Translations under genes and position numbers: made by a program
The notes under the pieces: model-generated
Told to the model about the DNA's origin: nothing
Seen by the model: only the letters and a program-made list of their open reading frames with translations
The model's database searches: none
From: a virus
Lineage: Duplodnaviria; Caudoviricetes
IMG/VR virus record: IMGVR_UViG_3300005281_000072
Coordinates: 1-43,043 of that record
Length of the DNA stretch: 43,043 nucleotides
Reading direction: 5' to 3' (one strand)
Shown here: piece after piece, positions 37,484-43,043 of the stretch
How the letters are laid out: each line of letters begins with the position of its first letter
Numbering within the stretch: position 1 is the stretch's first letter

Positions 37484-38789
37484 CACTAACCGACTTGTCC
37501 TCCCGCTTCTCTCGGCGGCACAGGCACAGAAGCACGTCACCGTCAACGAGGCGCTGAAGCTTCTCGACGCAATCGTCCAGGCGGGCGTGATCGACAAGGA
37601 TTTGACCGCGCCTCCCAGCTCGCCCAACGATGGTGACATCTACATCGTGGCATCAGGAGGCACAGGTGACTGGCTCGGCCACGACGATGACATTGCAGTC
37701 TTTCAGGATGGCGGATGGGTTTTCATCACGCCTCAAACGGGCTGGGTTGTTTGGGTCGATGATGAGAGCGCCTTGAACATCTACAGCTCGGGAAGCTGGG
37801 GTGCCTTGACGCTAGCCAGTGGCGGCGCCGTCGGTATGCTCGGCATCAATGGTGCGACACCTGATAGCACCAATCGCCTGGCTATGAATAGCCCAGGTGC
37901 GCTGCTCAATCACGACGGCGGCAACATGGCAGTGACGGTCAATAAGGCTGCTGCAGGCGATGACGGCGGCTTCTACTTTCAGACTGGGTTCAGCACTCGA
38001 GCTGTGTTTGGACTCATGGGCAGCGACGACTGGTCTGTCCGTGTGTCGCCCGATGGTTCAACGTTCCACTCCGCCATCAACATTGACAGAAACACCGGCC
38101 ACATTGGCTTGGGCGCTGCGGGCGATGCGAACAATCGCCTCGTCGTATCGGGCGAGAGCAGTCTGTTCACCAACTCGGGTGATCTGCGGTTCACGTTCTC
38201 AAAGGGGGCCGCAGGTAATGATGCTGCCTTGACCTTCCAAACTAACTTCTCAAGTCGTGCCTTGATCGGTCTGCTTGGAAGCGATGACTTTCAGTTCACT
38301 GTATCACCCGACGGCAACACCTACACCCAGGCTATCGTGATCGACAAGGACACGGCAGCTGTCGATCTTCCCCAGCACCCGAAATTCTCGGCGTATCTAA
38401 ACTTCGGCCAGAACTACGCCGCTGGTGCTTGGCGGATACTGCAGTTCAACAACACTCGCCATAACGATCAATTAGCCTTTGCCTCCAACACTTTCACGGC
38501 ACCCCATGATGGCTACTATATGTTTGGCGCGGGTGCCACTTTCGAGACGCCGGGCACCATTCCGACGAAGATGCAAATCGGCTTCAGTGTCAACGGAGCT
38601 GACCCAACTCCTGATACCATTGGGACCACAGGAGATGCCCCTATCACGACACTTGAAACGCATGTCAACACGACTGCCCTCTTGAAGCTGTCTGCCGGCG
38701 ACACGGTGAACGCCGTGATTTTCTTTACCACCAATGATGGTCGAGTTCTCGCCGATGAGAACTATTTTTGGGGCTACCAGGTCCCGTAA
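37476..38789 (+). CDS. DUF2793 tail fibre / receptor-binding protein
   Basis: LP.L.AAQAQKHVTVNEAL..LD; duplicated middle module; C-terminal C1q/TNF-like beta domain. Confidence 0.9.
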   Translation: MANTNRLVLPLLSAAQAQKHVTVNEALKLLDAIVQAGVIDKDLTAPPSSPNDGDIYIVASGGTGDWLGHDDDIAVFQDGGWVFITPQTGWVVWVDDESALNIYSSGSWGALTLASGGAVGMLGINGATPDSTNRLAMNSPGALLNHDGGNMAVTVNKAAAGDDGGFYFQTGFSTRAVFGLMGSDDWSVRVSPDGSTFHSAINIDRNTGHIGLGAAGDANNRLVVSGESSLFTNSGDLRFTFSKGAAGNDAALTFQTNFSSRALIGLLGSDDFQFTVSPDGNTYTQAIVIDKDTAAVDLPQHPKFSAYLNFGQNYAAGAWRILQFNNTRHNDQLAFASNTFTAPHDGYYMFGAGATFETPGTIPTKMQIGFSVNGADPTPDTIGTTGDAPITTLETHVNTTALLKLSAGDTVNAVIFFTTNDGRVLADENYFWGYQVP

Positions 38790-38804
38790 CCCGGAGGACT
38801 ACCG

Positions 38805-39653
38805 ATGACTATCTCGAACTTCGACATCCAGCGCATGCTTGCCGCAGCGGGCTATTACAAGGGCGACATCGACGGAGACATCGGTCCGAAGACCATGGCG
38901 GGTATCAACATCCTGCTCGAAGGTCGCCAGGTCGATCTGCCGAAGGGCTACGAGAAGTGGTCCAAGCAGCGTAAGGCTGTTGCGGCGCTTCAGCTGATCC
39001 TCAAGTATGCCGGCTACCCTGAGGTCGGTCCCATCGACGGCTATGCCGGCATGATGACTGAGTACGCCTACGGGCAGTACGAGTTCTTCCGCCTTCATGG
39101 TCATCACCCCGACACCGACTGGCGTCCCGACGAAGAGAAGGAACGCCAGCCTACCTTCGACTTCGATCCTGTGGAGAAGAACAACTGGCCGCTTCAGCGT
39201 GACATGGCCAAGCGCTTTGGCGTTGCCGGAGGTCCACAGTGCACTAGGGGCAAAGTTGAACTTCCTTTCGAGATGCGTATCGCGTGGAACAAGTCCCAGA
39301 AGATCAAGACCTTCAGCTGCCACGAACTTGTTGCTGACAGCGCGACCCGTGTCTATCGTCGCATTGCATCCGCCTATTCGCCCGAGGACATTCGCAAGCA
39401 TGGCTTCGATCTGTTCGGCGGCTGCTATAACTACCGAGTCAAGCGCGGGGGCTCGACGCTCTCAACGCATGCCTACGGTATTGCCATCGACCATGATCCC
39501 GAGCGCAACCAGCTCAAGTGGGGTCGTGATCGTGCCCACCTCGCGCACCCCGACTGTGTGGAGTTCTTCCGTTGCTGGGAGGCCGAGGGATGGCTGTCGC
39601 TTGGTCGTCACTCGAACTTTGACTGGATGCACGTCCAGGCGGCCAGACTTTAA
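38805..39653 (+). CDS. Endolysin: peptidoglycan-binding domains plus M15 peptidase
   Basis: GYY.G.IDG..GPKT and IDG..G..T PG-binding motifs; YNYR, LSTHAYGIAID, DWMHVQ. Confidence 0.92.
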   Translation: MTISNFDIQRMLAAAGYYKGDIDGDIGPKTMAGINILLEGRQVDLPKGYEKWSKQRKAVAALQLILKYAGYPEVGPIDGYAGMMTEYAYGQYEFFRLHGHHPDTDWRPDEEKERQPTFDFDPVEKNNWPLQRDMAKRFGVAGGPQCTRGKVELPFEMRIAWNKSQKIKTFSCHELVADSATRVYRRIASAYSPEDIRKHGFDLFGGCYNYRVKRGGSTLSTHAYGIAIDHDPERNQLKWGRDRAHLAHPDCVEFFRCWEAEGWLSLGRHSNFDWMHVQAARL

Positions 39654-39717
39654 GCCATCGACTTCCGCGGCGTTATCCTTATGATGGCGCCGTTAACCTC
39701 AACTGAAGGAGACTATT

Positions 39718-39963
39718 ATGAACAGCAATCTGTTCCACAACATCCTGAACGTGTTGATTGCGGTCACCGCTGCTCTCACCGCGTTCCTGCTGGCAACGGG
39801 ATGCACGACGCTCCCGACCGGGACGCTCGAATGCTCGGAGTCCTGGATCAACCCGACCTGGTCGACCATCGCAATCACTGTGATGGGCGTGGCGAAGAGC
39901 CTCGTCAACATCGCTCGTGACGGGTTCGGTGGCCTGGTCAAGCGTCAGCCTCCTGTGGAGTAA
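39718..39963 (+). CDS. Putative holin
   Basis: Two hydrophobic segments; directly after endolysin; AAGGAG RBS. Confidence 0.6.
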   Translation: MNSNLFHNILNVLIAVTAALTAFLLATGCTTLPTGTLECSESWINPTWSTIAITVMGVAKSLVNIARDGFGGLVKRQPPVE

Positions 39964-39969
39964 TCGGCA

Positions 39970-40191
39970 ATGTCGTGGCTTTCGCTTATCTCCAACCTGG
40001 TCAAGCTGACCATCTGGCTGATCGACTATATCGAGCGTCAGAAGCTTATCAGTGAGGGGGAAGCGAAAGCCCTTCGCCGACTACAGGAGGATACCGATGC
40101 TCGGCTCAAAGCTGTGGCAGACGCTCGCAGTCGTGTCGGCAACGCTGACGCTGACAGCTTGCGTGACGACGATGGGCACAGGCGAGACTGA
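39970..40191 (+). CDS. Putative i-spanin (Rz-like)
   Basis: N-terminal hydrophobic anchor, helical body, overlaps a lipoprotein gene. Confidence 0.65.
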   Translation: MSWLSLISNLVKLTIWLIDYIERQKLISEGEAKALRRLQEDTDARLKAVADARSRVGNADADSLRDDDGHRRD

Positions 40192-40330
40192 TCAGGCTAT
40201 CGAGGATGACGCCCTCAAGGTCTGTGACGCCTGGCTCCCAATCTCATGGTCCACACGGGATACTGACCAAACAATCCGTGAGGCCAAAGCCAACAACGCA
40301 GCTCGTACCGCATACGGCTGCCCCAACTGA
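40097..40330 (+). CDS. Putative o-spanin lipoprotein (Rz1-like)
   Basis: Signal peptide with lipobox LTAC; AGGAGG RBS before ATG 40097; +1 frame overlap with the preceding gene. Confidence 0.75.
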   Translation: MLGSKLWQTLAVVSATLTLTACVTTMGTGETDQAIEDDALKVCDAWLPISWSTRDTDQTIREAKANNAARTAYGCPN

Positions 40331-40343
40331 AAGGACTACCCCA

Positions 40344-40877
40344 GTGAAGACCTATGAGCAAATCGAAAAGGTCATCCGTGAAGCCGTCGAAGCCAACCTG
40401 GAAGAGGGCAAGGCAACAGCGAAGACGATCACCGCGGCATGTGCCGCCGTTCAGGAGAAGGCCACCGCAAAGTTCGGTCCTGGTGTCTATGTGACGGGAA
40501 AGCTCAACGCGGATGAGCAGTGCGTCATCATCTACTACAAGCGCCCGTCGATCCGTCAGCGCCGCCTGACGTTTGCTGTTCCTGCGTTGGTCGATAAGCC
40601 CAAGCACGATCCTGATGCGCCTAGCCAGGCTGAGCTGCGCCGGCGTCAGCGCAGGGTGAATGCACAACACGACGACGACAGCGATCCTGGCTCGCCTCAG
40701 GACAAGCGCACACGCCTCGAAATCATGCTCGACATCGCTGATACGCTGAACGAGGATCAGTTCACCGGCGACGGGCGTCCGCATGTCGATGCGCTCAATG
40801 ATGGACTGGCTGAAGGTGCTAAGCCGTTCACGGCTGCTGAGCGTGATGCTCTGTGGGCAGAACGTTCTGCCGTTTGA
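40344..40877 (+). CDS. Hypothetical protein
   Basis: GTG start after AAAGGA; C-terminal FT.DGRP.V.AL..TAAERDALW module. Confidence 0.7.
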   Translation: MKTYEQIEKVIREAVEANLEEGKATAKTITAACAAVQEKATAKFGPGVYVTGKLNADEQCVIIYYKRPSIRQRRLTFAVPALVDKPKHDPDAPSQAELRRRQRRVNAQHDDDSDPGSPQDKRTRLEIMLDIADTLNEDQFTGDGRPHVDALNDGLAEGAKPFTAAERDALWAERSAV

Positions 40878-40893
40878 CCCGTCTGAGCTCACT

Positions 40894-40930
40894 AAAAAGC
40901 CCGGAGCGCGATCATGCGTCCCGGGCCTTA
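40894..40930. terminator. Terminator hairpin between convergent late and replication arms
   Basis: AAAAA-GCCCGG...CCGGGC-CTTA. Confidence 0.65.
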
Positions 40931-40957
40931 TAGTAGCTGAGGCAGTGCAGCGTTCGA

Positions 40958-41281
40958 TCAGGCGGCCTTCTTGCCCTTGCTGGCCTTCCCCTTGACTTTC
41001 GCGGGCTTAGCTTCGGCTTCTTCCTTCTTCGGAGCAGCGACGCGCTTAGCCGAGCGTTCCTTCATCGCCTTGACGACCGTGTCGAAGTCCTTCTGCGAAT
41101 TCCAGCCGTACTTGTTGCCGAACTCCTTTTCGACGCCGAGCTCGCGGAGGGCAACACGGACCGAGGCGGGCTGGAGTCCGGTCGCTTCGACCAAGTCGTT
41201 GACCGTGAACTTGGGCTCGTCGGCAGCGGCCTTGGTTTCCTTGACGTCTTCCTTCGGCGCCGCGGTGTTCTTCTTGACCAT
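40958..41281 (-). CDS. Lys/Ala-rich HTH protein (paralogue 4)
   Basis: FTVNDLVEATGLQPASVRVALRELG..KYGW; K/A-rich tails; AAGGA RBS. Confidence 0.8.
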   Translation of the reverse strand: MVKKNTAAPKEDVKETKAAADEPKFTVNDLVEATGLQPASVRVALRELGVEKEFGNKYGWNSQKDFDTVVKAMKERSAKRVAAPKKEEAEAKPAKVKGKASKGKKAA

Positions 41282-42723
41282 TGTGGTATTCCTTTTTTCA
41301 GGTGTTTCAGGGTCAGCTCGGTATTGAGCTTTTTCACTATTACGAGATCGAACAGGTCTTCGTCAACAGTTTCTTTCGAGCATAAGACAAAAAACTCTGG
41401 CGGCCGTTTTTTCGTTCGACTGTTCAAGCGCGCCTTCGCCTGGTCCCAATCACGGTATGAATGCGACATTGAATAGACGATGGCGTTATTGGCTTTCCAC
41501 AGGTCAACACCGACGCCTCCCGTCTTCGTCTGGACTACAGCGACATCATACTGAGCCCTTTGGAAGTCTCGCCAAATCTGCGGACGCAGCTTCTTCTTAG
41601 TCGAACCGTTGACCTGAACGACATCATAGCCTTCGGCTACCAGTGTTTTATAGACAAGATCATTGTCGGGACGGAACGCAGTGAAGATGACGATGGGCTT
41701 GCTCAGTCGATCAACCAGACGCAGCGTTTCCTTCAGCTTCATATCGCTCAGGTGATGCAGGCGCTCGTCCTCGTCATACACGAAGCCAGAGGCGATTTGC
41801 CTACGCTTCGCGATATTTGTTATCGTCAACTCAGCAATGACGCGCCTGGCTCGCGATTTGCGCGTCCTTCGAGGCAAATAGGTGAACGACTGCTCGAGCA
41901 TTTCACGATAGCAGCGCGCCTGTTCAGTTGTCATATCGACCAGGACCTTGTGGACAATGGGTTCTTTGATACCGACGTCCTCTGCCGTAAGGCGAATACA
42001 GTAAGGCTTGAGCAGGTCGATGAACTCCTGCCGACGATCCTCGCGGAACACTGCCTTGTTCTTGAGTATCCGTTGCTGCAGTATCTTCTTCTGCCACAAT
42101 GCTGATCCAGGCGGCGCGTTGCTGAAATCGACCTTGGGCCAATCCATGTATCGCTTCTCGAACTTGTCCCAGTTCTCACCGAAGACATCCGGAGCTAGAA
42201 AACGGAAGATGCCGAAGTAGTCGGTCTCACGCACCTCCTGTGGAGTACCAGTCAGAACGAGCTTGCGTTTGACCCATGACATACGCTTGGCGCCACGCGA
42301 TGCCTTGTTGCCTCGGTTCGATATGCGCTGCGCTTCATCGAAGCAGCACCAGTTGAACTTGCGGTATTTGCAGAGACGGTTGATGAGTTTGACAAAGTCC
42401 TCGTAGTGGATGAGCAACAGTCGTGGCGACGGGAGTTTCTTGAACTCTTCCCAGTCGCTTGTGACATTCAGCCACTTGAGATGTTGCTTGATTCCGTCGA
42501 GCCACGTGCTGTCACGATTGGTAAGTAGTGTGACGAGCAGTCCGCAGAAGTCGTTGCCTTTACCCGTCGTGAGATTGGTTGGCTCGCCTGCGAGTTTCCG
42601 TAGGACCGCAAGTGTGACGTAGGTCTTTCCGGTACGCTGTTCGCAGAACAAGGCGGTCTCGTTGCGTGAGATGGCGAACTTGTAGACGGCTTGCTGCTCG
42701 GGCCAAAGCTTCAATGACGACAT
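41062..42723 (-). CDS. SNF2-like superfamily 2 helicase
   Basis: EQRTGKT, FDEAQ, LTGTP, RQIASGF, GGVGVDL, QAKARL; start ATG 42723 after AAGGAGG. Confidence 0.9.
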   Translation of the reverse strand: MSSLKLWPEQQAVYKFAISRNETALFCEQRTGKTYVTLAVLRKLAGEPTNLTTGKGNDFCGLLVTLLTNRDSTWLDGIKQHLKWLNVTSDWEEFKKLPSPRLLLIHYEDFVKLINRLCKYRKFNWCCFDEAQRISNRGNKASRGAKRMSWVKRKLVLTGTPQEVRETDYFGIFRFLAPDVFGENWDKFEKRYMDWPKVDFSNAPPGSALWQKKILQQRILKNKAVFREDRRQEFIDLLKPYCIRLTAEDVGIKEPIVHKVLVDMTTEQARCYREMLEQSFTYLPRRTRKSRARRVIAELTITNIAKRRQIASGFVYDEDERLHHLSDMKLKETLRLVDRLSKPIVIFTAFRPDNDLVYKTLVAEGYDVVQVNGSTKKKLRPQIWRDFQRAQYDVAVVQTKTGGVGVDLWKANNAIVYSMSHSYRDWDQAKARLNSRTKKRPPEFFVLCSKETVDEDLFDLVIVKKLNTELTLKHLKKGIPQWSRRTPRRRRKTSRKPRPLPTSPSSRSTTWSKRPDSSPPRSVLPSASSASKRSSATSTAGIRRRTSTRSSRR

Positions 42724-43006
42724 TCTCGGCTTCCTCCTTGGATCGCACGACGCAGGCAACACCACCGCCCTTCAGTACGATGTCCTTTATGGTTTCGATC
42801 TGGATGAGTGACGGTTTGGATGATTTCTTGGGCAGCTTGATTTCAAGCGCGAAGAACAGGCCATCCACACAACCAATCAAGTCGGGAATGCCTGCAGGAG
42901 TGAAGGGGCCTCCCCACACCTTGAACCACCAGCCGCCTACAGTTGCGCGAAGGTGATCCTGGATGACTTTCTGTAGTCGGGACTCGGGTTGCTTCGCCAT
43001 GACCAT
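42560..43006 (-). CDS. VRR-NUC family endonuclease / junction resolvase
   Basis: ESRLQ, GIPDLIGC.DG.F.ALEIK, Q...I..GG. Confidence 0.9.
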   Translation of the reverse strand: MVMAKQPESRLQKVIQDHLRATVGGWWFKVWGGPFTPAGIPDLIGCVDGLFFALEIKLPKKSSKPSLIQIETIKDIVLKGGGVACVVRSKEEAENVVIEALARAASRLQVRHLTQRDRLVLRTAYRKDLRHTCGPTETRRRANQSHDG

Positions 43007-43016
43007 ACCTGTGGAT

Positions 43017-43043
43017 AAAAAAAAAAAAAAAAAAAGAGGCGGA
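43017..43043. repeat. Terminal direct repeat, right copy (A19-GAGGCGGA)
   Basis: Matches the window start. Confidence 0.9.

Noticed and set aside
41270-41290. CAATGG at two gene overlaps (also ~2847) hinting at TGG read as stop or at recoding
   Set aside because: Only two cases; TGG encodes conserved Trp throughout and all three stop codons are used normally

Overview
The window looks like a complete, circularly permuted ~43 kb tailed-phage (siphovirus-type) genome. Both ends carry the same poly-A + GAGGCGGA sequence, so the assembly broke at a homopolymer. The host is probably an alphaproteobacterium, because the 19.2-38.8 kb virion module follows the Rhodobacter gene transfer agent (RcGTA) layout: terminase, HK97 portal/protease/capsid, TP901-type tail tube, DUF2460, DUF2163, NlpC/P60, megatron, DUF2793 fibre. 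A lysis cassette follows (M15 endolysin, holin-like protein, overlapping spanins). The minus-strand replication arm encodes a VRR-NUC nuclease, an SNF2-like helicase, an SSB-like protein, a Sak4/AAA ATPase, a Cas4-like exonuclease and a family A polymerase with a degenerate UDG-like N-terminal domain. A primase-helicase is transcribed divergently. I saw no integrase, tRNA or CRISPR array, which suggests a lytic phage. The best candidate for an undescribed system is a nucleotide-modification operon at 3.1-9.6 kb: dNMP kinase, MazG-like pyrophosphatase, two tandem and very different thymidylate-synthase-fold proteins (both with the cytosine-specifying Asp), dCMP deaminase and the UDG-Pol fusion, with no recognisable glycosyltransferase. 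Other oddities are five perfect 10-bp palindromes within 53 bp at an apparent strand-skew switch, four dispersed paralogues of one small HTH domain, a (GCC)13 microsatellite and a terminator with a 19-21 nt U-tract. All family assignments are by-eye motif recognition; no searches were run.
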